Source of the DNA: a virus
Taxonomy: Duplodnaviria > Caudoviricetes
Virus record (IMG/VR): IMGVR_UViG_3300025838_000004
Span: 1 to 55,987 of that record
Strand: one strand, 5' to 3'
Length of the DNA stretch: 55,987 bases
Below the pieces are notes generated by a model that saw nothing but the letters and a program-made list of their open reading frames with translations, was not told where the DNA came from and searched no databases. Positions 16,308 to 25,496 of the stretch are shown here, in pieces. Both the position numbers and the translations under genes were made by a program. Every line of letters begins with the position of its first letter. The first letter of the stretch is position 1.

Positions 16308-18071
16308 TTATCCTTTACTATGCCTTTTTAAGGCTTCTTTCATATACATCAACGGTGACGCCTTAGGCGGTATTTTATCATTGGGAGCCGATCTTTTGTG
16401 AGCTCTTAATGATTCTCTGAAGTGGTCAAGAAGTTTTGCTCCAGCATCACTACTACCGTTTCCGAGGGCAGCCACAGTGTCAGCATCAAATACATACTCA
16501 CCATCGGCCAGCATCGCAGGAATATCATCTGATTGCCCATCGCCTCTTCCTTTCACGTAGTGCCCAGTAGCACCTGTTATAAACTCAGGTTTGTGCACAT
16601 CTCCACCATCTTTATAGCCTAATGGAGAACTACCACTAAGCATATTGACACCAGAAGACAATAAACTATTTGTCGGATTAGATCCACCTTTATCTGCTAG
16701 CATGGTCTGCATTAAACTTGAATAAGGATTAGTTTGCTGACTGCTTGATGACTGAGATGTCGGATTTAATGCGGATAAACCACTTTGCATTAATGCGGTA
16801 TTTTGAGATTCATTAGCAAGATGTGGTGCTATCATTGAAAGTAACTTAGGATCTAACTGTTTTAATTGCTGTAGTATTTGAGCATTTGTATTGTACACAG
16901 GAGCACCTGTTAAAGACTGACCAGATATTGGAGTAGGTATTTTTCCACCTGTTGTTGAACTACTATTCAATGCATCAATAGCATTACTTACTGAGCTAGG
17001 ACTAGAACTAGAAGAAGTGCCTGCACCGGTTGCATAACTTGAAAGTGCTCCTGCGGCTGATGGAATTAAACTACTTGAAGTAGTTGTAGACCCTGGTGAT
17101 AAAGCAAGATTAGTGCCTACACCAGCAGCAGTTCCTGCAGTACTGCCTAGTAATGCGCTATCTGTAACTTGACCTACTAAGTTTCCGGCACCGCCTGCTG
17201 CCCCACCAATGACTGCACCTTTAGCAAGACCTGATGCAGTGATAGGCTGACCTGTTATAGCATCAACAGCAGCAGTAGTTAAAGCTCCTTTGGCTGCACC
17301 TGTTAAAGCAGCATTACCTACTTGAGGTAAACCTACTATTGTATTTCCTACAGCAGGGTACAAAGCATTTTGCTGTGCTACTAAATTATCTAATGCTACT
17401 TGATCAGGAGTTTGAGCAGCTGCTGCTTGATCAACTAAACTACTAGTCGGATCAAGTTCAGGCGCAACATCTGTTGCTGCTGTTGATAATGCCTCTGAAG
17501 TATCAGATACTGGTGCAAGGCTATTTATTTGATTAACCCATGCTTCAATTCCATCAGGTGTTGGAATTTGAATGGTTGTTCCACCAAAGCTTGCTGATGT
17601 TGTTGGACCTGTGTAAGGAAATGAGTCGGTTGCAATTGCACCTGTCAATGGCTGTACACCTGTATCAATAACAGGTGCTGTAGACAAAGGAGGAGTTGTT
17701 GTAATTGGATCAGGTGTTACAGTAATCGGTGCATCAGGAACTGGAGTTACAATCGCACCAGAATCGGCTACAGTAGCATCTGTTCCTGCTTGTGTTGCCA
17801 TGCTTCCTGTAGCATCTAATTCAGGCGCAACATCTGCTCCTGCAGCAGCCGCATCAAATGCACCAGCAGCACCTGCGGTAGCAACAGTAGCCGCTACTGT
17901 TCCAACTGTAGCCCAACCTCCTGGAACGTCATTTCTAACGGTTTGGTCAATTGCAGTACCTGCATTATCTATAGCATTATTAACCGTATCATCAACTTGT
18001 TTTGTAGTATCAAGTACTTGATTTACAGGTTCATCAACAACAGGTACGCTTATAAATCCATCACAACACAT
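16308..18071 (-). CDS. Putative internal virion protein
   Basis: Ala/Thr/Gly-rich; YKDGG tag then conserved G.GDGQSDDIPAMLADGEYV..AD.V..LGNGSS.AGA domain. Confidence 0.7.
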   Translation of the reverse strand: MCCDGFISVPVVDEPVNQVLDTTKQVDDTVNNAIDNAGTAIDQTVRNDVPGGWATVGTVAATVATAGAAGAFDAAAAGADVAPELDATGSMATQAGTDATVADSGAIVTPVPDAPITVTPDPITTTPPLSTAPVIDTGVQPLTGAIATDSFPYTGPTTSASFGGTTIQIPTPDGIEAWVNQINSLAPVSDTSEALSTAATDVAPELDPTSSLVDQAAAAQTPDQVALDNLVAQQNALYPAVGNTIVGLPQVGNAALTGAAKGALTTAAVDAITGQPITASGLAKGAVIGGAAGGAGNLVGQVTDSALLGSTAGTAAGVGTNLALSPGSTTTSSSLIPSAAGALSSYATGAGTSSSSSPSSVSNAIDALNSSSTTGGKIPTPISGQSLTGAPVYNTNAQILQQLKQLDPKLLSMIAPHLANESQNTALMQSGLSALNPTSQSSSSQQTNPYSSLMQTMLADKGGSNPTNSLLSSGVNMLSGSSPLGYKDGGDVHKPEFITGATGHYVKGRGDGQSDDIPAMLADGEYVFDADTVAALGNGSSDAGAKLLDHFRESLRAHKRSAPNDKIPPKASPLMYMKEALKRHSKG

Positions 18072-18072
18072 A

Positions 18073-18486
18073 TTAAATCTCCATCCGCATTAAATACGGG
18101 TCTGTTGTTCTATTAGAGTCTTCAGTAAATGAAACATCATCTACGCCGACCGCACGAGCTATTTTTTCAGCTTTATCAGGTTCAGCAACAAACATAAATA
18201 CAGTTTTTATACGTTTTTCTTGCATGGTTTTAAGAAAACTAGATAATGCTCTTAAATACATTTTTTGAGAACCGCCATTAATGATTCCCATTAATATACC
18301 TCCAGGTACTTTACCATAAGCAATTAAAACGTCTTGATAAGGATATACAGCAAATCCTGATTTAATATAAGTAGCAAGCGTAGTTTTTAATGCTTGAGCA
18401 TTACCTCCACGATTTTTAACATGATTTTCTATAATTCTATTTACATCAGGCTTAGCATTTAAAGGATTCATATCAATAATTCGCAT
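18073..18486 (-). CDS. Hypothetical protein (possible degenerate GNAT-like fold)
   Basis: 137-aa ORF between tail and internal-protein genes. Confidence 0.6.
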   Translation of the reverse strand: MRIIDMNPLNAKPDVNRIIENHVKNRGGNAQALKTTLATYIKSGFAVYPYQDVLIAYGKVPGGILMGIINGGSQKMYLRALSSFLKTMQEKRIKTVFMFVAEPDKAEKIARAVGVDDVSFTEDSNRTTDPYLMRMEI

Positions 18487-18721
18487 TCGTATAAATAATA
18501 TTCATAAAGCCACATAATTCACTTGCCCAATCCTGCCAATTTTCAAACCCTCTATGGTCTGGTACACCGTTCTGTACAAAATATCCAATACCATTCATGC
18601 CATCAACCCAGTCACGCCACTTATCTTCTGGAACAGTTCCTAATTGGTTAGATGCAAATAAACCGGCCATTAAAGCACACCAATAGTCCCAAGTCATGTT
18701 TCTAGGATCATATGTTATCAT
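18473..18721 (-). CDS. Conserved Trp-rich hypothetical structural-module protein
   Basis: DPR.M.W..W...W..W...PD..F..WQDWA. Confidence 0.75.
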   Translation of the reverse strand: MITYDPRNMTWDYWCALMAGLFASNQLGTVPEDKWRDWVDGMNGIGYFVQNGVPDHRGFENWQDWASELCGFMNIIYTNANY

Positions 18722-20733
18722 GGATTACCTGTTCCTCTGACATCACCAATATCAGCACTTACTAATATTCTACCCATCTGGTAGTCGCCATTAAAGGTAT
18801 TACTTTCAAAACGCATTCTTAATTCGCGATACTGCTCTTTCATGTCAATTTTAAGCGTACTTGGACTAAATGTATAAGGAGATAATTGGCTAGTTACATC
18901 TTGTTCATCAGCATAGCCTTTACCTTTAATATAAAGATTCATATCGCCTACTTGAACAAAGTCCGGCTCAACTCTTTCTACACGAATCCACACATTATCA
19001 CCTTGCAACTGAGGATTACCTGGTCCTCCGCCTACCCAACCTAGTGAATTAGTCTCAAAAAAGGACTGAACAGCGTCCACATTAGTTAAGTATACCTGAT
19101 CAGTGCCTACTTCATGCTGCCATAAAGTATACGCTTGGTTCAATGTAAATGAAATAGTTAAGCCTGAACCAGTAGAAGGCGCTCTTGATATTGTAGGAAC
19201 TGTTCCTGTAAATGAAGAAGTATAATTTCCGCCTTGGATAATATTTAAAGAAGTAACAGCTCCTCCACTTACAGTAGCAACAGATAATAATGCAGGAGAA
19301 CCAGCTCCCCCAACTACTTGAACTACATCTCCAACTGTATAACTTGTACCACCATTAATGACAGTTGCTGAGCTCATATAGTAGCCAGAAGATGTATTAT
19401 CTGCCCATATAGGGTATCTAAATACTTCAGAGAAAATACCTGCAGATCTATTAGCGCCTATAGCGAATCCTGCATCATACCAAGTTTTTTCTCTTACATT
19501 ATAGATAATAGCATTATTACATTCTGTTGAATTCCCTGATGGATAGAACCACCAGATCTCACCCCATCTAGGAATTTTGGTAACCCATACTTTTTGTCTT
19601 TGAGCATAGTTTAAATTATCAAAGAAATAATTTTGGTTAGTGTCATTCGGTATTTCTTGTACTACTCCATTGTACATTAAGAATCTATCTACACCAGCCC
19701 AATAGAATATACCATCATACTCAATAACACACTGACTAGACATAATAGATGTCTGAGTACTAATGATATCATATCGCCAATAAATGGTAGATGTTCCTAC
19801 AGATTGTGGAGCATAAGTCACTCTTGTTAATTGATCAGTACTCCAAAACAAGCCTGCAGGAGATGTTGTACCACCTCTTAATGGCATACCTTTTATGACT
19901 TTAGTGCCTGATACATTATTGGCGTTAGCATCTGCCCCTACCCAATTCTCAAGATTTCCTGCGCTATTATTTTGAATTAATCCGTTATTACCGTAGACAA
20001 ATGTATATGGGTAAAGTACTACTACTCCGCCTGACACACTAATATTGTTATCATAAGTTAAAGTTTCAGTTGCTGAAACAGTTGCAGGATTAGACAAAGT
20101 AATTGTGGTTGTCCCGCCTGCTGTTGACACTGCAGTAATCGTTGTATTAGCAGGAATTCCAGTGCCGCTAATGGACTGACCACTAGCAATTAATAAGTTA
20201 GCAGGTGTAACTGTAGCAGTTGTTGTACTATTAAGCACAGTAGATGCTGTAAAAATACCAAGCTTAGTCATTCCGCCATATGGAAACTGACCTACCATTA
20301 CCGGACTATTGACGGTGCTTGAAATATCATTTAAGTTTTGTCCAGGGTGCCCTAGTACGGTTAATTGACCACTTCCACCTGAATCGTAAACTACATCCCA
20401 TTGCCATAAGTTATTAGCATTAGAGCTAAAAGCAGAGGACATTGAAACTTGTGTTGGGCCAGAACCTACACCATTGGTATTATTGGTTTGCCAAACATAA
20501 ACTCCATCACTCTGTCCGGAATATACATAGTTAATACCATTAACGGATTGCATAATAATGCCGCGGCTTATACCTGTAGCATTTTGGAATAATCCATTAT
20601 AGCCACCGATCTTACGGGGTCTACCTCTTTGAAATCTCACCCAAAGACCGTTCACATAACGAATAGAGTCAAACTGAGTTCCATCCCGCTGAATACCAGG
20701 TTGAATGTTTAAAGTAATGACTTTAGAGGTCAA
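18718..20733 (-). CDS. Tail nozzle/tubular (stabilisation) protein, beta-propeller type
   Basis: PGIQRDGT, WVRFQRGRPRKIGG, EIWWFYP...ECN.AIIYN..E..WYD; position typical of podovirus tails. Confidence 0.7.
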   Translation of the reverse strand: MTSKVITLNIQPGIQRDGTQFDSIRYVNGLWVRFQRGRPRKIGGYNGLFQNATGISRGIIMQSVNGINYVYSGQSDGVYVWQTNNTNGVGSGPTQVSMSSAFSSNANNLWQWDVVYDSGGSGQLTVLGHPGQNLNDISSTVNSPVMVGQFPYGGMTKLGIFTASTVLNSTTTATVTPANLLIASGQSISGTGIPANTTITAVSTAGGTTTITLSNPATVSATETLTYDNNISVSGGVVVLYPYTFVYGNNGLIQNNSAGNLENWVGADANANNVSGTKVIKGMPLRGGTTSPAGLFWSTDQLTRVTYAPQSVGTSTIYWRYDIISTQTSIMSSQCVIEYDGIFYWAGVDRFLMYNGVVQEIPNDTNQNYFFDNLNYAQRQKVWVTKIPRWGEIWWFYPSGNSTECNNAIIYNVREKTWYDAGFAIGANRSAGIFSEVFRYPIWADNTSSGYYMSSATVINGGTSYTVGDVVQVVGGAGSPALLSVATVSGGAVTSLNIIQGGNYTSSFTGTVPTISRAPSTGSGLTISFTLNQAYTLWQHEVGTDQVYLTNVDAVQSFFETNSLGWVGGGPGNPQLQGDNVWIRVERVEPDFVQVGDMNLYIKGKGYADEQDVTSQLSPYTFSPSTLKIDMKEQYRELRMRFESNTFNGDYQMGRILVSADIGDVRGTGNP

Positions 20734-21977
20734 AACCCACCTCCATAAATACCGCCTAGTGCAAAGAATCCAGTACCATTAAAATAACCTACTTGATTAT
20801 TAGCAACTACAAAACCTAATTGGCTAGATGCTGGTAAATAAAGACCAGTGTTTAAGTCACCCGTAAACTTAAGAGAAGGTACTGAAGTAGAACCATTACC
20901 TAGTGTTAATGATGTAATGTTAGATGATGAGCCAGATGCTGCATTATAGACGTTGGTACCATCACAAATAAGAATAAGAGAGGTGCCTTGTGTTACCTGT
21001 ACTGTTGCTCCTCCGCCTACTGAAGTTTTTACGGTAAACGTATAAGAACCTGTTGTATTGTTGGTAACAGAGTACAACTGAACAGTAGAAGGCACAACTA
21101 TAATCTGATTGCTAGTGAGTGCCCCTGAGTATACCTGAATAGTATTTGCAGCTTGAGCACTACTTAATGTGGTTGTTCCACCGGTGACGGATAAAGCAAG
21201 TTCTGTATATGCAAATTGATTAGATCTACCATAAGCATAAGAATACCAACCGCCTGAGCCATATGATACTAGTACTATTGACTCTGTTAACTGTAATTGC
21301 TGATTTGAATTTGAATCAATAGTATCAGAACCATTCGGAGTTAACGTTAATATGCCTGTTCCATCATTCTTAAAAATAGTGAACCAACCAGAACCTACAG
21401 TAGCAGCAGATGGTAAGTTTAATGTGCCTGCCCCTCCTGTCCAAGTGTTCATCTGAGCTCTTGCGGTAGTCGGTATGTTAGAAGTAACATTATACGTTTG
21501 TACTACTGTTTGCTGATTTAAAGTAGCGCCTATTGCGGTTAGCCCATAACCAGCTAGTGTTGCTGCATTAGCAGCTGATGTTCCTGCCCCGAATGTAACT
21601 GTTGCCCATGTACCTTGAATGGTAGTATTATCGGTGACATAAAGATAGTAAGCAATACCAGCAGTAGCAGAGACTATACTTGTACTTCCTACCGTACTAT
21701 TATTGGTTGCAACCGTGAAAGTATTTGCCCCAATATTTCTAATAATCATTGCCTGACCGGTCGACACTTGTGTCGCAGGTGGCATATAAAGTGTTAGTCC
21801 ACCAGTAGTTGCCGATACTTCAATAATATTGGCAGTAACTTGATTTTGATTATTACCGTTAATCGACCACTGTAAAGTCGTATTAGCGCTTAAAGTAATT
21901 GACTCATATGAGACAGCACTTGGCGATACAGTTTGTCCTGTAAATGGGCTGGTATAGGTTGGATTTGATGTAGTCAT
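20730..21977 (-). CDS. Tail structural protein
   Basis: Thr/Ser/Gly-rich beta-strand protein with LTLP.A repeats; C-terminal GGGF. Confidence 0.7.
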   Translation of the reverse strand: MTTSNPTYTSPFTGQTVSPSAVSYESITLSANTTLQWSINGNNQNQVTANIIEVSATTGGLTLYMPPATQVSTGQAMIIRNIGANTFTVATNNSTVGSTSIVSATAGIAYYLYVTDNTTIQGTWATVTFGAGTSAANAATLAGYGLTAIGATLNQQTVVQTYNVTSNIPTTARAQMNTWTGGAGTLNLPSAATVGSGWFTIFKNDGTGILTLTPNGSDTIDSNSNQQLQLTESIVLVSYGSGGWYSYAYGRSNQFAYTELALSVTGGTTTLSSAQAANTIQVYSGALTSNQIIVVPSTVQLYSVTNNTTGSYTFTVKTSVGGGATVQVTQGTSLILICDGTNVYNAASGSSSNITSLTLGNGSTSVPSLKFTGDLNTGLYLPASSQLGFVVANNQVGYFNGTGFFALGGIYGGGF

Positions 21978-21979
21978 AA

Positions 21980-22636
21980 TTAGCTTTCAATAGCAATCGC
22001 TTGTCTATCGGCAAGACGTAATTGATCTTCTTGTTTAAGAACCTGCATTGCTTCACTATACTTTTGTTGAAAGATCTGCCGTTGATCATTCTTTACAAAC
22101 AGAATTGCTTGTAATAATGTACCAAACAACATAGCATTCGGTGCATTCTGTGTTAACCAATTAGTTTGATTATCATTAGACAATGGAGCAAGCCTTTCAT
22201 AGTACAAGACTTCAAATGGGTAGTTCTGATCAGGTGTTGGAGACACTATCCAGTTATCATAATTATAGTCGGCAAAATAAAGAGGCGTTCCTGTGGCGGT
22301 AGAACTAGGACTATACTGTCTTAAGTATTCATATTTACGTAAGAAAACAGGCTGAATCTGACCACTATTAGTTAAGTTCATACTAACTGTTTTACGCCAT
22401 CTTGCAGGTTTAGGAATAACAGGATTAGTTGCAGTCATAGTAGACTCAGCTACTTGTAACTGACCTAATGTCTTAATCTGCTGAGCAATTTCAAACTCAG
22501 CAAGCATAATAAATTCAGGAATTTGATTGGTAACAGCACTATCATTACGTTCTAAATATTGCTGAACATCCAAGATCAGCGAATTATAAGTCATCGCTGC
22601 TGCATTAGTGTTTGACGGTGTGGTTTGAGTCGCCAT
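21980..22636 (-). CDS. Head-tail adaptor / tail tubular protein A-like
   Basis: MTY.SL..DV..YLER.D...IP.FI.LAE, P.PD, NWLT..AP..LFG.L. Confidence 0.75.
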   Translation of the reverse strand: MATQTTPSNTNAAAMTYNSLILDVQQYLERNDSAVTNQIPEFIMLAEFEIAQQIKTLGQLQVAESTMTATNPVIPKPARWRKTVSMNLTNSGQIQPVFLRKYEYLRQYSPSSTATGTPLYFADYNYDNWIVSPTPDQNYPFEVLYYERLAPLSNDNQTNWLTQNAPNAMLFGTLLQAILFVKNDQRQIFQQKYSEAMQVLKQEDQLRLADRQAIAIES

Positions 22637-22705
22637 AATTTATCCTAGTTCATCATGCCAACCATTTTTCCCAAACAGTTTTATTGATTTTAATATATTT
22701 CTTAC

Positions 22706-23221
22706 TTATACAACCATATTTTCTGAAATAGTTTTTACTTCAGCAACACGATTCAGCCATCCTTTACCGAATGTCTGAAAAGTCGCTAAAGATCTATAAA
22801 AACTTTCTTTTAAATGACTAAATTTTTCAATCAATTCTTTTGTATCAGCCTTTTGAATAGCCGATAAGCTCGCTGGTCCCAACACGCCATCCGAAGTAAC
22901 TCCAGCTGCCTCTTGTATGAGTTTGGAAGCTCTGCCCACACCCATGTTAACAGCACTATCGAATACGGCATAATCGATGCCAGCAGGAAGGTCATCACCA
23001 TGTATCTTATCCCAATAAAGTTGTTTATATAAATCATGCACTTCTTGATCAGGAATAGCTCTTAGTTCATCTTTAGTAGCATGTTGGTTACGTTTCCAAC
23101 CACGATAAACATTTAAAGTAATACCTTTCATAGTAGCACCCCCTGGATCAGCTGGATTATCTGACCAGCCTCCTTCGCTCTTTAGTACGTGGTTAAGAGC
23201 TGCTTGATAGTTATCCTTCAT
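22706..23221 (-). CDS. Endolysin, glycoside hydrolase family 108 with peptidoglycan-binding domain
   Basis: EGGW...P.DPGG.T..GIT, FD.AVN.G, DG..GP, F..GWLNR. Confidence 0.92.
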   Translation of the reverse strand: MKDNYQAALNHVLKSEGGWSDNPADPGGATMKGITLNVYRGWKRNQHATKDELRAIPDQEVHDLYKQLYWDKIHGDDLPAGIDYAVFDSAVNMGVGRASKLIQEAAGVTSDGVLGPASLSAIQKADTKELIEKFSHLKESFYRSLATFQTFGKGWLNRVAEVKTISENMVV

Positions 23222-23423
23222 CTTTTTCTCCAATCTTAATACCTGTAATTAAGCCTATAAAACCACCGACAATAGTTTGAAATGCTGGTCCAATAATCTC
23301 AAATACTTTTGTGTCATCAACTGATGGATCTAATATAGCATACATAAACATTAGTATCATAGCAACTACAACTGCTACTAATGACCATGAAGCAATCAAC
23401 ATAACGTGTTCTTTAGTATTCAT
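23211..23423 (-). CDS. Two-TM membrane protein (lysis cassette)
   Basis: Two hydrophobic segments; PAFQTIVGGFIGL. Confidence 0.7.
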   Translation of the reverse strand: MNTKEHVMLIASWSLVAVVVAMILMFMYAILDPSVDDTKVFEIIGPAFQTIVGGFIGLITGIKIGEKDEG

Positions 23424-23827
23424 TTTGATGCTACTCCTTGCACCTTTTCAAATGTTCTTAATCCACCCATACCTAGCATGCCCATCATAAGCTGCCATAA
23501 ATTATCGTCAAGTCCGGGTAATGGAGGAGCAACAATTCCAAAAGTAGGTAGTATGCCTATGGATAGCGGTTTTAATAAATATTGGTAGAACAGTGCCAAC
23601 GCGCATACCCACCCGATTGCTGGTCTCCAACCCGATACAAATATTGATGCACTTTTAGCTTCCTCTTTGTTAATGTCAGTTTGTGCGGTCATAGTAGCCA
23701 AATCGCCTGACTGTTGTAACTTTAACAACTCTAACTTAGCATTTGCGGCTTGCGCTGGGTCTGGAAAAATTCTAGTAATTAAAGTATTACCTAAATCTAA
23801 TGCCGCTGAAATTGGGTCTAAAGCCAT
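23420..23827 (-). CDS. Holin (3TM, GTA-type family)
   Basis: Q..IN..EA.S..FV.GWRPAIGWVC and MLG.GG.R.FEK motifs. Confidence 0.85.
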   Translation of the reverse strand: MALDPISAALDLGNTLITRIFPDPAQAANAKLELLKLQQSGDLATMTAQTDINKEEAKSASIFVSGWRPAIGWVCALALFYQYLLKPLSIGILPTFGIVAPPLPGLDDNLWQLMMGMLGMGGLRTFEKVQGVASK

Positions 23828-23898
23828 ATTAATCCTTTAGCAAAATAATTAACATCATACAAATCAATGCAAACATTGTCCACCATTTAAACAATTCA

Positions 23899-24075
23899 TC
23901 ATCCACGAACAATGTCCTTTTTCGTTCTTACAATAACCTTGTGTTCTTTGTCAAACTTTGGTTTTGGTAATCTTATTTTTTCCAGTTCTTTAATCTCAAA
24001 ATGCAAATAAATAACATAAGACCAAATAACCAGTTCAACTAAAAACACAGCAAACCAATACTTAACCCAGCTCAT
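23899..24075 (-). CDS. Small single-TM protein (58 aa)
   Basis: Manual ORF MSWVKYWFAVFLVELVIW...; ATGA overlap with upstream gene. Confidence 0.55.
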   Translation of the reverse strand: MSWVKYWFAVFLVELVIWSYVIYLHFEIKELEKIRLPKPKFDKEHKVIVRTKKDIVRG

Positions 24076-24524
24076 ACAAGATTAAAGTAATACAGCAAAC
24101 AAGTAATTATAAAAGCAGCAAACCAACAATAAAACTGAACTCGTCTTACATCTTCTAACTTATGGCCGTAATACTTTTTACTTTCTTGATGCTCTTTTTC
24201 TACTACCGCTTTTAACTCTAAAACTTTTGACCACTCTTTAGCACCATACTTAGCTTTAAATTCTTTTTCAGCTTCGTTTTCTGCTTGAATAATGGCACTC
24301 TGATTTTTATACTCTTGGATGGCTCGATAGATCATCGAGTTCTCCATTGCTTCTTCGTATGCTTTGTGCTTCTTTCTTGCTTCTAATTCCTGTAATGCTA
24401 CTTCTGTACCGTCACGTTGAATATTCTCAATGCTTTTAGTGAGCTTCTTTCCAGCCTCTCTACTTTGTTCAAGGCTCTCAGCTAAAGACTTTGCTCCTTC
24501 GGCAATTGGATTAATGTCTGGCAT
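24072..24524 (-). CDS. Coiled-coil protein with C-terminal TM (lysis region)
   Basis: 150-aa ORF with hydrophobic C-terminus. Confidence 0.7.
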   Translation of the reverse strand: MPDINPIAEGAKSLAESLEQSREAGKKLTKSIENIQRDGTEVALQELEARKKHKAYEEAMENSMIYRAIQEYKNQSAIIQAENEAEKEFKAKYGAKEWSKVLELKAVVEKEHQESKKYYGHKLEDVRRVQFYCWFAAFIITCLLYYFNLV

Positions 24525-24525
24525 T

Positions 24526-24735
24526 TCATTTCACTAAGTGCTTCACCGTGTCAATTAAAAAGTCTTTACCAAAAAAGATTGAAACAATCACTGCATAAAG
24601 AAGATATTCAATACGTTCCATGCGCTTAGATCCTTTAGCAAAAGAATCTAATATACCTTCGTATCGCTCTGCACAAACGGCTTCATGTACAGACAAACGC
24701 TTATCTGTTTCTGCAATGACTGTTTCCATATCCAT
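24526..24735 (-). CDS. Small membrane protein (HEAVCAERY family)
   Basis: RL..HE.VCAERY...M.RIE followed by a TM segment. Confidence 0.75.
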   Translation of the reverse strand: MDMETVIAETDKRLSVHEAVCAERYEGILDSFAKGSKRMERIEYLLYAVIVSIFFGKDFLIDTVKHLVK

Positions 24736-24929
24736 TACTTTGCTTCTTCAGTAGTTGTTTCAGTAGTTGTTTCAGTAGTTGTTTCAACTGTAGGAGGCAC
24801 AACAACTGCTGGTGTATCATCTACTTTTACACGAGTAATGTCACCATGGTCTGTATTGTAACCAAGTGCTGATTTCACTTCATCAATCACTTTTTCTGCA
24901 GTTTCTTCAATTTTCTTTAGTAAGTCCAT
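24735..24929 (-). CDS. Hypothetical protein with TTET repeats
   Basis: AAGGAG RBS; 12-bp tandem repeat near the 3' end. Confidence 0.6.
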   Translation of the reverse strand: MDLLKKIEETAEKVIDEVKSALGYNTDHGDITRVKVDDTPAVVVPPTVETTTETTTETTTEEAK

Positions 24930-24938
24930 AAACACTCC

Positions 24939-25115
24939 TTATTGAGTTGTGGTTGGTGCTTCTACAGGTGTTGGTGCTTCTACAGGTTGTGCACCTTGCT
25001 CACCTGCTTGTTTTTGAATCTCATTAATTAATCCCGCAACTTCAACAAAAGGTCTAGAACCAAGATACTGAAGAATACCGTTAATTAAATCAGTTGTTAA
25101 TGCTATTTTTTCCAT
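24939..25115 (-). CDS. Small tail-fibre-associated protein (58 aa)
   Basis: Manual ORF MEKIALTTDLINGILQYLGSRPFVEVAGLI..IQ.QA; L...P..EV..LI motif typical after fibre genes. Confidence 0.7.
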   Translation of the reverse strand: MEKIALTTDLINGILQYLGSRPFVEVAGLINEIQKQAGEQGAQPVEAPTPVEAPTTTQ

Positions 25116-25169
25116 TTTTTAATATCCTAAAAAATTGCCACCAAAAAGGGCTGATGGCTTACCCTAAAA

Positions 25170-25496
25170 TTAAGATTGTGACCAAGGCAAAGGTTGTGAA
25201 CTTGGTGATACTGGTGGTGTAATCATAGAAGCAATTTGACCATCAATATTTGCATAGTAATTTGCTTGATTATCAGTAGCTTCATTAATCCATCCCAAAA
25301 CTTCAGCTTGAGTTAGCTGTGAATAAGGTATGTAATTCTGTTCGTTTTGCTCAGGTGTAAACTGAATGTTGCCACCAATTTCTGCTGTATGTGTACCATC
25401 TGTACCTGATACTGTAAAAATAACATTTACAACATAACCTGTTGGGTTAGGTACTGTAAACATCTGATTGATTGTGGTTGTGTAAGTTGTTGCCAT
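25170..25496 (-). CDS. Tail-fibre-associated protein
   Basis: IPY..LT...VLGW...I..QI....P....LPW pattern; follows the fibre gene. Confidence 0.75.
   Translation of the reverse strand: MATTYTTTINQMFTVPNPTGYVVNVIFTVSGTDGTHTAEIGGNIQFTPEQNEQNYIPYSQLTQAEVLGWINEATDNQANYYANIDGQIASMITPPVSPSSQPLPWSQS

Noticed and set aside
25115-25172. Stop-codon readthrough fusing 25170..25496 to the in-frame ORF at 25115 via the pseudoknot
   Set aside because: A second in-frame stop (TAG) follows two codons after the TAA.
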